This document shows, piece after piece, positions 1 through 11,074 of a DNA stretch of 18,167 nt. Made by a program: the position numbers and the translations under genes. The stretch lies in NCBI GenBank assembly GCA_035285865.1, contig JAYKHS010000032.1, positions 1 through 18,167 on the forward strand, written 5' to 3'. The notes beneath the pieces are model-generated. The model saw only the letters and a program-made list of their open reading frames with translations. It did no database searches and had not been told where the DNA came from. The first letter of the stretch is position 1, and each line of letters starts with the position of its first letter. This stretch comes from Candidatus Sericytochromatia bacterium (lineage in GTDB: Bacteria > Cyanobacteriota > Sericytochromatia > S15B-MN24 > VGJW01).

Positions 1-49
1 ACCATCGTGGCTGGTTCGCCGGATGATCATCGCGGCGAGGGGACCAAGG

Positions 50-169
50 GGCTCGAACCGGGTCATCCGGGGTGGTGCGTGGAACAACGACGCGTCGAAC
101 ACGCGGGCGGCGAACCGCAACAACAACGACCCGGACAACCGCAACAACAACATCGGCTTCCGCCTTGCC
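50..169 (+). mobile_element. Putative DGR template region (TR) corresponding to an FGE-sulfatase/CLec C-terminal variable region
   Basis: Translates as GSNRVIRGGAWNNDASNTRAANRNNNDPDNRNNNIGFRLA, matching the RV.RGG.W...R...R.........GFR end of FGE-type CLec domains. It has 12 Asn codons in ~40 codons, all AAC. The in-frame upstream sequence does not resemble the FGE domain and there is no stop right after GFR. Confidence 0.78.
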
Positions 170-345
170 AGCCCAGGGATCCCGGACCACAGGTTCCGCG
201 GGGTCAGACACCTCGGGGGCACGGCCTCGAGGTCCGCACCACGTCCCTGACCATCGTCCCCGAGCCGGTGTCCGGCCATTGCCGGAACGAAGACCCCAAG
301 AAACTTCCCGGCCATGCGGGCGATGGCCACGCCCCGGGAGGGGTG
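170..345 (+). ncRNA. Structured spacer 3' of the putative TR (candidate DGR RNA spacer)
   Basis: GGTCAG 202-207 pairs with CTGACC 247-252 and encloses hairpin CCTCGGGG/CCTCGAGG (211-232). Further stems: TCCGGC-catt-GCCGGA (271-286) and GGCCAT/ATGGCC (310-328). Confidence 0.4.
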
Positions 346-370
346 GGGGCTGACTTGCCATGTTTCACCC

Positions 371-399
371 TTGCGCACCCTGTCTTGCTCGGCCACGAT
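371..399 (+). promoter_or_regulatory. Sigma70-like promoter, probably leaderless, for the AAA-ATPase gene
   Basis: TTGCGC (371-376), 17 nt, CACGAT (394-399), 7 nt, ATG (407); no good Shine-Dalgarno (SD). Confidence 0.45.
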
Positions 400-406
400 G
401 GGGTCG

Positions 407-1954
407 ATGACCCGCCTCAAGTTGCCCATCGGCATCCAGACCTTCCGCAAGATGCGCGAGGAGGATCATTACTACGTCGACAAGACCGGAATGGCCTTGG
501 AGCTTGTTGCTTCGGGCAATTGCTTCTTTCTGTCCCGCCCGCGTCGATTCGGCAAGAGCCTCTTCGTCGACACGCTCAAGGAGCTCTTCGAGGGCAACCG
601 GGAGCTGTTCCGTGGCCTTTCTGCCGAGGACCGCTGGGATTGGTCCGTACGATATCCGGTCATCCGGATCAGCTTCGGCGGGGCGGCTCTCTGGACGCCC
701 GAGAAACTGGCGGGCGTGGTCGAGGATGAATTGCTGGCACTCGAGGCCCTGCTGCCCGGCTATCAGCCTCATGTCGAGCCAGACCGGCGGCTGCGTGCCC
801 TCATCAAGGCCTTGCACGCCCACACCGGCCAACGGGTCGTGGTGCTGGTGGACGAATATGACAAGCCGATCCTGGACAGCCTAGCCGATTCGGACTTGGC
901 CCGTCGGATGCGGGATCTCCTGCGCGACTTCTATGGCGTGCTCAAGGACCTCGATGCCCACCTGAAGTTCGTCTTCCTGACGGGCGTCAGCAAGTTCAGC
1001 AAGGTGAGTCTGTTCTCCGGCCTGAACCAACTGCGGGACATCACGCTGGATGCCCGCTGGTCAGCCTTGTGCGGCTACACCCAGACGAACCTCGAGACGA
1101 TCTTCGCCCCCGAACTCGACGGGGTGGATCTGGACGCGGTACGGCGTTGGTACAACGGCTACAACTGGGGCGGCGAGGCGGTCTACAACCCCTTCGACGT
1201 GATGCTTTATCTCGAGCATCGGGTCTTCAGGCCCTACTGGTTCGAGACGGGCACGCCTGCCTTCCTCGTCGACCTGCTGGCGCGCCAGGGCTTCTTCACC
1301 CCACGTCTGGAGCGCCTGCGTTCCAGCAGCGACTTCCTGTCGGCCTTCGATGTCGATCGCATCGAGCCCGAGGCCTTGCTCTGGCAAACGGGCTACCTCA
1401 CGCTGCACGGTACCGAGCACTTCGATGACGGAGAGCCCCTTTACATCCTGGGCTATCCGAATCGCGAGGTCGAACTGAGCCTGAACCGCAGCTTGCTGCT
1501 GGGGCTGGGGCCCACGTCCGACGCGGTCAAGGAGGTGCAGTTCGATCTGCCCAAGGCCTTTCGCAACGGCGATCTGGAATCGTGCCGTGCCATCCTGCAC
1601 CGGCTGTTCGCGAGCATCCCGAACGACTGGTTCCGCAATAACCCGATCGCGCAATACGAGGGCTACTACGCCAGCGTCTTCTACTGCCACCTTGCCGCGC
1701 TTGGCCTTGACTTGCGGGTCGAGGACGCGACGAACAAGGGGCGTATCGATCTGGTGCTCAAGGCCCCCGGACGCGTTTTCCTCTTCGAATTCAAGGTCGT
1801 CGAGACCATGCCCGATGGCAAGGCCTTGGAACAGCTCCGAGCCCGCGGATATGCCGACAAGTACCGCCAGCCAGACACGATGGTGACGCTGGTGGGCATC
1901 GCGTTCAGCAAGACCGAACGCAACGTCGTGGGCTTCGAGGTGGCCGAAGCCTGA
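407..1954 (+). CDS. AAA-ATPase-like protein with C-terminal PD-(D/E)XK nuclease domain (AAA-ATPase_like + PDDEXK_9 type), ~515 aa
   Basis: Family motifs LPIGIQTF and YYVDKT, Walker A SRPRRFGKS, Walker B VVVLVDEYDKP, LTGVSKF, WYNGY, YNPF, YWFETGTP, and C-terminal GRIDLV...FEFK. Start moved from 314 to ATG 407 by family N-terminus. Confidence 0.92.
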   Translation: MTRLKLPIGIQTFRKMREEDHYYVDKTGMALELVASGNCFFLSRPRRFGKSLFVDTLKELFEGNRELFRGLSAEDRWDWSVRYPVIRISFGGAALWTPEKLAGVVEDELLALEALLPGYQPHVEPDRRLRALIKALHAHTGQRVVVLVDEYDKPILDSLADSDLARRMRDLLRDFYGVLKDLDAHLKFVFLTGVSKFSKVSLFSGLNQLRDITLDARWSALCGYTQTNLETIFAPELDGVDLDAVRRWYNGYNWGGEAVYNPFDVMLYLEHRVFRPYWFETGTPAFLVDLLARQGFFTPRLERLRSSSDFLSAFDVDRIEPEALLWQTGYLTLHGTEHFDDGEPLYILGYPNREVELSLNRSLLLGLGPTSDAVKEVQFDLPKAFRNGDLESCRAILHRLFASIPNDWFRNNPIAQYEGYYASVFYCHLAALGLDLRVEDATNKGRIDLVLKAPGRVFLFEFKVVETMPDGKALEQLRARGYADKYRQPDTMVTLVGIAFSKTERNVVGFEVAEA

Positions 1955-1967
1955 ACTCGTGCTGCAG

Positions 1968-2510
1968 CTATTGCTGCAGCGCCTCCATGGTTTTCTTCAG
2001 GCGATCTTCCGTGACGACGGTCGTCACGCCAAGCAGCAGCAGCAGATTCTGCACCTGCCGTTCCGCAGGCGTATGACCGGGCTGCGAGGCCATCATGTCC
2101 TGGGCCATTTGCGTGGCATAGCGGGCCTGATCATGGCGCTGCAGGGCCATTTCGACGTGCCTGCGGGCCTCGGTCGGTGCCCGGTCATGCCACAGGCGCG
2201 CCTTGGCATCGGACAGGTCTTCCCGGGCCTGCTCCAACTGCAGGATGGCATCCTCGAGCAGGGCCAGTTCGGTGGTGCCCGGCGAAACCGGAGCCAACGC
2301 TGTCTGAGCGGCGGTCACCAACCCAAGGTCACGCTCCAGCGCATCGCTCGCAAGGCGAAGGGCGGACTCGGCCGCAGATTCCCGGAGCGCCTGGGAACGC
2401 CACGCATCGGCTTGGACCGGGGGGCATGCCCCGCGGGGGACCGAGCCTGCGGCGTGCATGCGCGACATCGGAGAGCGGGTGGCGGGAGAGGCAGTTGAAG
2501 TGAGCATCAT
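1968..2510 (-). CDS. Hypothetical alpha-helical protein (~180 aa)
   Basis: Open frame with Ala/Leu/Glu/Gln-rich amphipathic helices; its stop converges 13 nt from the AAA gene stop. Start uncertain (2549/2510/2507). Confidence 0.6.
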   Translation of the reverse strand: MMLTSTASPATRSPMSRMHAAGSVPRGACPPVQADAWRSQALRESAAESALRLASDALERDLGLVTAAQTALAPVSPGTTELALLEDAILQLEQAREDLSDAKARLWHDRAPTEARRHVEMALQRHDQARYATQMAQDMMASQPGHTPAERQVQNLLLLLGVTTVVTEDRLKKTMEALQQ

Positions 2511-2683
2511 GAGTGGATTGTGGGGCGCGCGGATGATTGGCTGGACCAAGCTGCGGCAAAGGCAGGGTTAATGAACGGGGGGATCTGATGGCCTGCAAGC
2601 AGGCGTCCCCCCTTGCCAGCCTGCTCCCGGTCGGGCACCATGCCGCAGGTGGGGCCACAGGGTCCCGGGGGGCAGACAGGCGG

Positions 2684-4274
<1,591 letters not shown>

Positions 4275-4303
4275 GTCGTCCCCGAGCCGTGTCAGGAGCC
4301 CTC

Positions 4304-6103
4304 GTGACCATCCAGCCCGAATCCCTTGCGGCGCGTCTTCCCAAGGTGGGCACAGCCCATCGCAAGGGCACCAAGATCGTGGCGACGCTTGGCCCCAGTT
4401 CCTCGTCCGAAGAAATGGTGGCCCAGCTCATTCGCGCCGGTGTCGATGTCTTTCGCCTGAACTTCAGCCACGGCGACCACGAAACCCACCGCGAGCACGT
4501 CGCACGCATCCGCAGGGTCTCTCGTGATGCGGGCCGACCGATCGCCATCCTGCAGGACATCCAGGGGCCCAAGATCCGTATCGGCAAGGTCGTGGGCGAT
4601 GAGGTCCAACTGGTTTCGGGGCAGACCTTCGTCTTCACGCCGGACCCCATCGATGCGACGACCGAGCGGGCGCATGTCTCTTACGACCGACTGGCGGACG
4701 ACATTCCCGTCGGTCACACGGTGCTGGTCGACGACGGTCGGCTGGAGCTGGTGGTCACCGAGGTCCGCGGTCGCGACATCGTCTGCCAGGTGGTCATCGG
4801 CGGGCCGCTTCGGCCCAAGAAGGGCGTCAACTTCCCGGGTTCGACGATGCGCATCTCGATCCTGACGGACAAGGACAGGCGGGACCTGGACCTTGGCGTG
4901 GAACTGGGCGTGGACTACGTGGCCGCCAGCTTCGTGCAGTCGGCGGCCGATGTCCTGGAGGTCAAGGAGCACCTGCTGGGCCTGGGCGCCACGACGCCTA
5001 TCATCGCCAAGATCGAGCGCCCTCAGGCTCTGACGAACCTGCGCGACATCGTCCTGGTCTCGGACGGCATCATGATCGCCCGCGGAGACCTGGGGGTCGA
5101 GATTCCCGTGGAAGACGTGCCGCTCGTCCAGAAGCGGATCATTCGCCTCTGCAACGACGAGGGCAAACCCGTCATCACGGCCACGCAGATGCTTGATTCG
5201 ATGATCCAGAATCCGCGTCCGACCCGCGCCGAAGCGACGGACGTTGCCAATGCCATCCTCGACGGCACCGATGCCGTCATGCTTTCGAACGAGACGGCGG
5301 CCGGCCAGTTCCCGCTGGAGGCCGTCGAAGTCATGGCCCGAATCGCCGTGCAGACGGAGCGGGCTATGAGCCGCGAGCCGCATCGGGTGCCGCCCGGAGA
5401 TCGCTTGCGGCCCGTGCAGGACGCTATTGCGCACGCCGTGACGAACATGGCCCCCCAACTCGGGGCAGCCGCCATCCTGACGGCCACGTTCTCGGGGTCC
5501 TCGGCGCGAATGGTTTCCAAGTACCGCCCGAGCTGCCCCATCATCGCGGCAACGCCCTCTGAGGCGACCACCCGCCAGCTGGCCCTCGTCTGGGGCGTCG
5601 AGGCGCTCGTGGTGCCCGAGACCGAGACGACGGACGAACTCTTCAAGCAGACGCTGAGGACCGTGACCCAGCGCGGCCTCGTCGACCACGGCGACATCGT
5701 TCTGTTGGTCGCGGGCGTGCCGATGGGTCAGCCGGGCACCACCAACCTGGTCAAGGTCGAGGTCGTCACCAAGGTCATCGCGAGCGGGATGGGCATCGGC
5801 CAGCGGCCTGTAGCCGGCGTCGCGCGCTGGTTCGATGACCCTGAGACGGCGCTGCGCGACCTTCAGCCGGGCGACATCCTGCTCACCGAGGCCACCGACG
5901 CCGCCTGGACGCCCGTCATGGCTCGCGCCGGGGCCGTCATCGTTCGGGCAGGCGGCCTGACCAGCCACACGGCCATCGTAGGTCTGGAACTGCGTGTGCC
6001 CGTGCTGCTCTCGTGTGAGGAAGTCGCCCAGATTCCCACGGGCCAAGTCATCACCGTCGACCCGGGACGCGGCGTGGTCTATCCGGGTCACATCCACATC
6101 TAG
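4304..6103 (+). CDS. pyk: Pyruvate kinase with C-terminal PEP-utilising mobile (His) domain
   Basis: Motifs TKIVATLGP, RLNFSHG, QDIQGPKIR, IIAKIE, MIARGDLGVE, TATQMLDSM, DAVMLSNETA; C-terminal GGLTSHTAIVG. AGGAG at 4294-4298 precedes GTG 4304. Confidence 0.97.
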   Translation: MTIQPESLAARLPKVGTAHRKGTKIVATLGPSSSSEEMVAQLIRAGVDVFRLNFSHGDHETHREHVARIRRVSRDAGRPIAILQDIQGPKIRIGKVVGDEVQLVSGQTFVFTPDPIDATTERAHVSYDRLADDIPVGHTVLVDDGRLELVVTEVRGRDIVCQVVIGGPLRPKKGVNFPGSTMRISILTDKDRRDLDLGVELGVDYVAASFVQSAADVLEVKEHLLGLGATTPIIAKIERPQALTNLRDIVLVSDGIMIARGDLGVEIPVEDVPLVQKRIIRLCNDEGKPVITATQMLDSMIQNPRPTRAEATDVANAILDGTDAVMLSNETAAGQFPLEAVEVMARIAVQTERAMSREPHRVPPGDRLRPVQDAIAHAVTNMAPQLGAAAILTATFSGSSARMVSKYRPSCPIIAATPSEATTRQLALVWGVEALVVPETETTDELFKQTLRTVTQRGLVDHGDIVLLVAGVPMGQPGTTNLVKVEVVTKVIASGMGIGQRPVAGVARWFDDPETALRDLQPGDILLTEATDAAWTPVMARAGAVIVRAGGLTSHTAIVGLELRVPVLLSCEEVAQIPTGQVITVDPGRGVVYPGHIHI

Positions 6104-6112
6104 GCTGCCGCT

Positions 6113-7684
6113 TTGGCAGGCTCATCCGTCGCGATCGGCGCAGGGGACGCCGAGGCGACTCGGCGTGCCGAGGCGGTGCTGCTGGAGGACTGGCGACTTC
6201 CTGCCCTGCTGCTCATGGAGCGGGTGGCGCTGGTCGCTGCTGCGCGTATCCGGAACGCCCTGCCACCGGGCGGCCGCGTCACGGTACTCGTCGGACCCGG
6301 CCATAACGGGGCAGACGGCCTTGCCGTGGCGCGCCTGCTGGCCTTGCAGGGCGTGCCGGTCACGGTCCGGACCGAAGGCGCGGGTCCTGGGGAGGTCTGG
6401 CAGCAGCAGGCCGGCTGGGCGCGGCATGCGGGAGTCGTCTTCGGGGACCTTCGCGCGTGGCGTCCCGGGGGTGAAGCCGTCCTCGTCGATGCGCTGCTGG
6501 GATTCGGCGCGTCGCGTGCGCCGGCGGGTGCCATGGCCGAGGCCCTGCTGCGCAGTCGGGAGTCAGCGGCCTGGCGGTTCGCCATCGACCTGCCGACGGG
6601 CCTTGACCCCGAGACGGGGGTGCCTTGGGGCGAGACGGTCTTCCATGCGGACGAGACACTCGCGACTGGCGTGGTCAAGCAGGCCGTGGTCGCGGATCCC
6701 GGCCTCGAGGCGACCGGGCGGCTGAGTTGGGTGGATGTTGGCCTGCCCGAGGCGGCGCTGGCTTTGCTGCCGGGACGGATCATCCCGCAGCCGCAAGCGG
6801 GCCGGGCATGGACCGGTGAGGATGCATCCCGCCACAAGGGCAGCCGCGGCCGCCTGCTGGTCCTCGGAGGCGGCCCGGGCATGGCTGGTGCTCCCGCCCT
6901 TGCGGCCCTCGGCGCCATGAGGGCCGGGGCTGGCCTCGTCGAGGTGCTGGTGCCCGAGGCCCAGGTGCCCTTCGTCGCCGAGTGGGTGCCCGAGGCGCTG
7001 GTACGGGGCCTGCCGGAGATGTCCGAGCCTGCCGGACCGCCGGCGCTGCTGACGGAGGCGCTCGGTCGGGTTGATGTGGTCGTGGCCGGGCTCGGCACCT
7101 TGCCCGGCGATACCATGGCACGCCTCGCCGGGTGGTGTCATAAGGTCTTCGAGGGGCTCGTGCTGCTGGATGGCGGGGCGCTTGGGCCCGAGCTGCAGCC
7201 TGCGCCCTTCCCCGGGCCGCGGGTTCTGACGCCCCATCCGGGGGAGGCCGCCCGGATTCTGGAGGCTTCCTCGGCTGCCGTTCAGGCGGATCGCTTCGGG
7301 GCGAGTGCGCGTCTCGTGGCCCGGACGGGTGCCACGGTGGTGCTCAAGGGTGCGCGGCCCATCGTGCGGGGCTCTGGCTTGCCCTGGCACGTCATGGCGT
7401 GGGGGGAACCGGCACTTGCGACGGCGGGCAGCGGGGATGTCCTTGCCGGCATGGCTGGTGCCACGCTGGCCGAGGCCGTTCGTTCGGGGGGCCTGCGACC
7501 GGAGGAGCTGCCGGCATGCGTGGCCGAGGCTGTCGCCCGGCATCAGCAATGGGGTCGCGCCGCCGCGGAGGCCATCGGACCGCGGGGGGTGGTGGCCCGC
7601 GATCTGCTAGAATGGTCTCGTTCCGGCCCCGCGTGGTGGCCTGCCATGCCCGGCCCCGAGTCGATGTGGACTCGGCTTTCCTGA
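6113..7684 (+). CDS. nnr: Bifunctional NAD(P)H-hydrate epimerase/dehydratase (YjeF/Nnr)
   Basis: N-domain [29 protein letters not shown]-domain [38 protein letters not shown]. Start uncertain. Confidence 0.9.
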   Translation: MAGSSVAIGAGDAEATRRAEAVLLEDWRLPALLLMERVALVAAARIRNALPPGGRVTVLVGPGHNGADGLAVARLLALQGVPVTVRTEGAGPGEVWQQQAGWARHAGVVFGDLRAWRPGGEAVLVDALLGFGASRAPAGAMAEALLRSRESAAWRFAIDLPTGLDPETGVPWGETVFHADETLATGVVKQAVVADPGLEATGRLSWVDVGLPEAALALLPGRIIPQPQAGRAWTGEDASRHKGSRGRLLVLGGGPGMAGAPALAALGAMRAGAGLVEVLVPEAQVPFVAEWVPEALVRGLPEMSEPAGPPALLTEALGRVDVVVAGLGTLPGDTMARLAGWCHKVFEGLVLLDGGALGPELQPAPFPGPRVLTPHPGEAARILEASSAAVQADRFGASARLVARTGATVVLKGARPIVRGSGLPWHVMAWGEPALATAGSGDVLAGMAGATLAEAVRSGGLRPEELPACVAEAVARHQQWGRAAAEAIGPRGVVARDLLEWSRSGPAWWPAMPGPESMWTRLS

Positions 7685-7727
7685 CGCCGCCAACGTTGGC
7701 GGCTCCCGTCCCGGAGGATGTTCGACC

Positions 7728-8744
7728 ATGGCTGGTACCGCCCCCCTGAAGCGCCCTGAAGTCCAAGAGGACAATCAGCTGGAATGGGATCTCTCGAACG
7801 AGATCGTCCAGGTCGTCGAGGCTGCTGCCTTGGCCGCCGGCCGCTGGATGGGCCAGGGCGACAACATCAAGGCCGACGAGGCCGCGACCGAGGCGATGCG
7901 CGAGGTCCTTAACTCGCTGCCCATCTCGGGCAAGGTCGTCATCGGCGAGGGCGAGCGTGACGAGGCCCCGATGCTCTTCATTGGCGAGGAACTGGGCAAG
8001 GGCGGTCCCGAGATCGACATCGCGGTGGACCCCCTCGAGGGCACCAACCTGGTGGCGCGCGGCCTGCCGAACTCCATCGCCGTCATCGCCGTCAGCGAGC
8101 GGGGTGGCCTGGTGCACGCTCCCGACACCTACATGGAGAAGCTGATCGTCGGGCCCGCGGCCGCCGGCAAGGTCGACATCAACGCCCCCGTCAGGATGAA
8201 CTTGGGCGTCATCGCCCAGAGCCTGAACCGTGACGTCTCGGACCTGACGGTCATCATCCTCGACCGGCCGCGCCACGAGGACCTGATCGAGCAGGTCCGC
8301 GCCGCCGGTGCCCGCATCCGCCTGATTGGCGACGGCGACGTGACGGCGGCCATCGCGGCAGCCGTCCGCGGCACGGCCGTCCACGCGGTCATGGGCACGG
8401 GTGGTGCGCCCGAGGGCGTGCTGGCCGCAGCCGCCATGCGCTGCCTGGGTGGTGAAATCCAGGGCCGGTTCCGGCCGCGCAACGCCTCCGAGGCCGAGCG
8501 CTGCGTGGCTGCCGGCATCGATCTGGAGAAGGTCTACATGACCGAGGAGCTGGCACCCGGCAAGCAGATTGTCTTTGCCGCCACCGGCATCACCGAGGGT
8601 GACATGTTCCGCGGCGTCCGGTACTTCGGCAGCGGTTCGCGGACCTATTCGCTGGTGATGGCGGCCGCATCGGGCGTCATTCGTTTCGTGGACTCGGTCC
8701 AGGTCTCCAACCGCAAGGTGCCGGTGTCGCTCGAGCGAATCTGA
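7728..8744 (+). CDS. glpX: Class II fructose-1,6-bisphosphatase (GlpX)
   Basis: Motifs [62 protein letters not shown] upstream. Confidence 0.96.
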   Translation: MAGTAPLKRPEVQEDNQLEWDLSNEIVQVVEAAALAAGRWMGQGDNIKADEAATEAMREVLNSLPISGKVVIGEGERDEAPMLFIGEELGKGGPEIDIAVDPLEGTNLVARGLPNSIAVIAVSERGGLVHAPDTYMEKLIVGPAAAGKVDINAPVRMNLGVIAQSLNRDVSDLTVIILDRPRHEDLIEQVRAAGARIRLIGDGDVTAAIAAAVRGTAVHAVMGTGGAPEGVLAAAAMRCLGGEIQGRFRPRNASEAERCVAAGIDLEKVYMTEELAPGKQIVFAATGITEGDMFRGVRYFGSGSRTYSLVMAAASGVIRFVDSVQVSNRKVPVSLERI

Positions 8745-8758
8745 GGTTTCATGGTCCC

Positions 8759-9916
8759 GTGTGGACCTTCCTCGCGTTGCGCCAGTTGCGGGCGCGTGCC
8801 CGGCAGACGGGCATGCTCGTCGCTTCCGTGGCAGTCGGCGTTGCCATGCTCGTCACGGCCATGTCGCTGGTCAACGGTTTCGAGGCCGACCTCGTGGGCC
8901 GGATCCTGGGAGCCACGCCCCACGTGGCCCTCGAGGGTCCGCTCGGGGACGGCGTGGATCCTGATGCCTCGCTCGAGCGGACGCTGGCCGATTGGCCCGA
9001 GGTCGAGGCCGTGCTGCCCTACGTGTCGGTCCAGGGCCTGGTCGTTCGTGGCGAGGTCGCGCGCGGCGCTCTGTTGCGTGGCGTGGACCTCGCGCGCCAG
9101 CGTCGGGTCCCCACCTGGCAGCGCGGCCTGAAGGTCCAGCGCAAGCCGCGTCGCCCGGGGCTGCCTCAGGTGATCATGGGCATCGAGCTGGCCCGCCACA
9201 TGCGCGTGGCACCGGGAGACCGGATCCGGGTGGTGACGGGACGGGGCCGGACGCTGGATGCGGAGGTTTCCGGTCTGTACGAGGCCGGCATGTACGACTT
9301 CGATGCGCACGTGGCCTTTCTGGAGCTGCCTGCGCTGCAGCGGGTCGCCGGGATGGGGCGGCGCCTGACGGGCTACGAGCTCAAGCTGCGTGACCCGTTT
9401 GCGGCCCGCCGGGTGGCTGCGGACGTCATGGCGACGTTGCGCGTGCCGGCGCGGTCGTGGACGACGTCCAACCACGCGCTGCTGGCCGCCCTGACACTCG
9501 AGAAGTGGGTGGTCTTCCTCGTCATCCTCGCCATCGTGGTGGTGGCGACGATGGGAGTCGCCAACACGCTCGGGATGTGGGTGCTCGAGCAGCAACGCGA
9601 CCTCGGCATGCTGCGGTCCGTAGGGGCCACGGGCCGTGATGTCGCGAACCTGGTCGTGCGCCAGGGCTTGCTGGTGGCAAGCCTGGGCATCTCGACCGGC
9701 CTCGTGGCGGGCCTCGCCCTGTGCAGCCTCCTTGCCCGCTTTCCCTTGCGCCTGCCGGCGGACGTCTACCTCATCGAGCACCTGCCCGTGCAGGTCTCGT
9801 GGCCGGATCTGCTGCTGGTCACGTGCGCGGCGCTGGTGGTCTCGTGGCTTGCCTGCCTGCTGCCGGCCCGCCGTGCGGCTCGCCTCGACCCGATCGAGGT
9901 CCTGCGGCGTGCGTAG
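8759..9916 (+). CDS. FtsX-like ABC permease, LolC/E lipoprotein-releasing family
   Basis: N-terminal TM followed by SLVNGFE..L..RILG..PHV, periplasmic domain with G.ELA..M.V.PGD, three C-terminal TMs, and terminal PARRAARLDPIEVLR. Confidence 0.88.
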   Translation: MWTFLALRQLRARARQTGMLVASVAVGVAMLVTAMSLVNGFEADLVGRILGATPHVALEGPLGDGVDPDASLERTLADWPEVEAVLPYVSVQGLVVRGEVARGALLRGVDLARQRRVPTWQRGLKVQRKPRRPGLPQVIMGIELARHMRVAPGDRIRVVTGRGRTLDAEVSGLYEAGMYDFDAHVAFLELPALQRVAGMGRRLTGYELKLRDPFAARRVAADVMATLRVPARSWTTSNHALLAALTLEKWVVFLVILAIVVVATMGVANTLGMWVLEQQRDLGMLRSVGATGRDVANLVVRQGLLVASLGISTGLVAGLALCSLLARFPLRLPADVYLIEHLPVQVSWPDLLLVTCAALVVSWLACLLPARRAARLDPIEVLRRA

Positions 9917-10511
9917 GTCGTGGCGGTCGGTCGTGCCGGTTCTGGCGGCCCTGCTGCTGGTCGGCTGCCCCGGGGGACGTGCCCGGGACCCGGCACGGGA
10001 AGTCGACGCGGTTCCCGGTCGGCCTGACCTTGCCCGGCTGGGGTGGACGCGCATCGCGGTGGTCTCGCCACTGAACCGCTCGGGAGTGGCGCTTGCCGGC
10101 AGCTTTCTCGAAGCCGTCGCCAAGCAAGTCACCCGGCGGCGCTGGCCGTTGCGGACCGGCGTCGTCGATCGTCCCGGCGAGGGCCATCCCCCTGCGGCAT
10201 GGTGGGAACGGCAGGCGCGCGAACTGGGCGTCCAGGGCTTCATCACGGCCACGGTGACGGCCATGCGCTACGACCCGAGGGTCGGAAGGGCCTATGCCGC
10301 GGCGAATTGCGGCCTGCTGGACAGCAGGGGCCAGTGGGTCTGGTCGCGTCGGGTGACGGGCGTGGTGGTGGGCGATGCACTTCCATCCGGCGGTGACATT
10401 GGGCAGAATGGCAAGCAGTCGACCCAGGCTCACGTGGCACGTGGCCGATTGATGGCAGCCGTCCATGAGGCGGCAAAGGAGTTCGCCGTTGACTTCCGTA
10501 TCCCGCAATGA
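9909..10511 (+). CDS. Putative lipoprotein, possibly CsgG/LpoB/DUF799-like fold
   Basis: GTG overlapping the upstream stop; basic N-terminus, hydrophobic stretch and lipobox LVGC; then RIAVVSPLNRS and a G..VWS-type motif. Confidence 0.65.
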   Translation: MRRSWRSVVPVLAALLLVGCPGGRARDPAREVDAVPGRPDLARLGWTRIAVVSPLNRSGVALAGSFLEAVAKQVTRRRWPLRTGVVDRPGEGHPPAAWWERQARELGVQGFITATVTAMRYDPRVGRAYAAANCGLLDSRGQWVWSRRVTGVVVGDALPSGGDIGQNGKQSTQAHVARGRLMAAVHEAAKEFAVDFRIPQ

Positions 10512-11064
10512 ACGCCGCGCGGCCGCCATCCTGGCCGGAGCCCTCGTGCTCGCCCAGGCAGCCCCTGCCCACGCCCTTCTGGGCTTTGACGTCGATGCTT
10601 CCGTCGCCGGTGGCTTCCTGACCTCCGGCACCGCAACCTCGCTGCCCATCGACGCGGATGCCTACGTGGCCCTGCCGCTTCTCGCCAAGGCAGCCCTGCA
10701 CACCACCATGGTCGGTAACCAGCGTGCCATCGAGGCGACGGCCCGTTTCGAGCCGCTGCCGTTGCCGCTCATCGGCCTGCGTCCGGGCATCGGACTGATG
10801 CAGCAGGATATCGTCGGCACCCCTGGCCTTGCGGCTTACGCCGGGCTTGGCCTGCACGTGGGCATTCCCCTGCTGCCCGTCAGCGTCGACGCCGAGGTCG
10901 GCGCCGGCATGGGCACGGGTGGGATGGTCACGACCTACGGGGTGGCCGGCAACTTCTTCCCGCTGCCCTTGGTGCCGATCGGCATCACGGCCAAGGTGCG
11001 GCAGTACCAAGCTGGCGATCAGCAGGTCTCGGCGGCCCTTGCCGGTTTACGCCTCTCGCTCTAG
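10489..11064 (+). CDS. Secreted protein, probable small outer-membrane beta-barrel
   Basis: AAGGAG precedes TTG 10489; signal peptide ending AHA; alternating hydrophobic, Gly-rich strands; ends AALAGLRLSL. Confidence 0.65.
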   Translation: MTSVSRNERRAAAILAGALVLAQAAPAHALLGFDVDASVAGGFLTSGTATSLPIDADAYVALPLLAKAALHTTMVGNQRAIEATARFEPLPLPLIGLRPGIGLMQQDIVGTPGLAAYAGLGLHVGIPLLPVSVDAEVGAGMGTGGMVTTYGVAGNFFPLPLVPIGITAKVRQYQAGDQQVSAALAGLRLSL

Positions 11065-11074
11065 GAGCTAGTCT

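Noticed and set aside
1..26. HRGWFAG-stop in frame 3 as the end of an avd or RT gene
   Set aside because: Too short to assign without upstream sequence.
1..257. ACCATCGT direct repeat at 1-8 and 250-257 as a target-site duplication
   Set aside because: Only 8 bp and cut by the window edge; cannot be distinguished from chance.
7..729. 240-aa ORF and other short ORFs over the TR (23-250, 72-353)
   Set aside because: They are alternative-frame readings of the AAC-rich tract (poly-Q, poly-T) or overlap the AAA gene. The 75-aa ORF holds only the terminal FGE motif and is better explained as a TR.
1959..2498. Plus-strand 179-aa ORF
   Set aside because: Antisense to the more protein-like minus-strand ORF; R/G-rich with no RBS.
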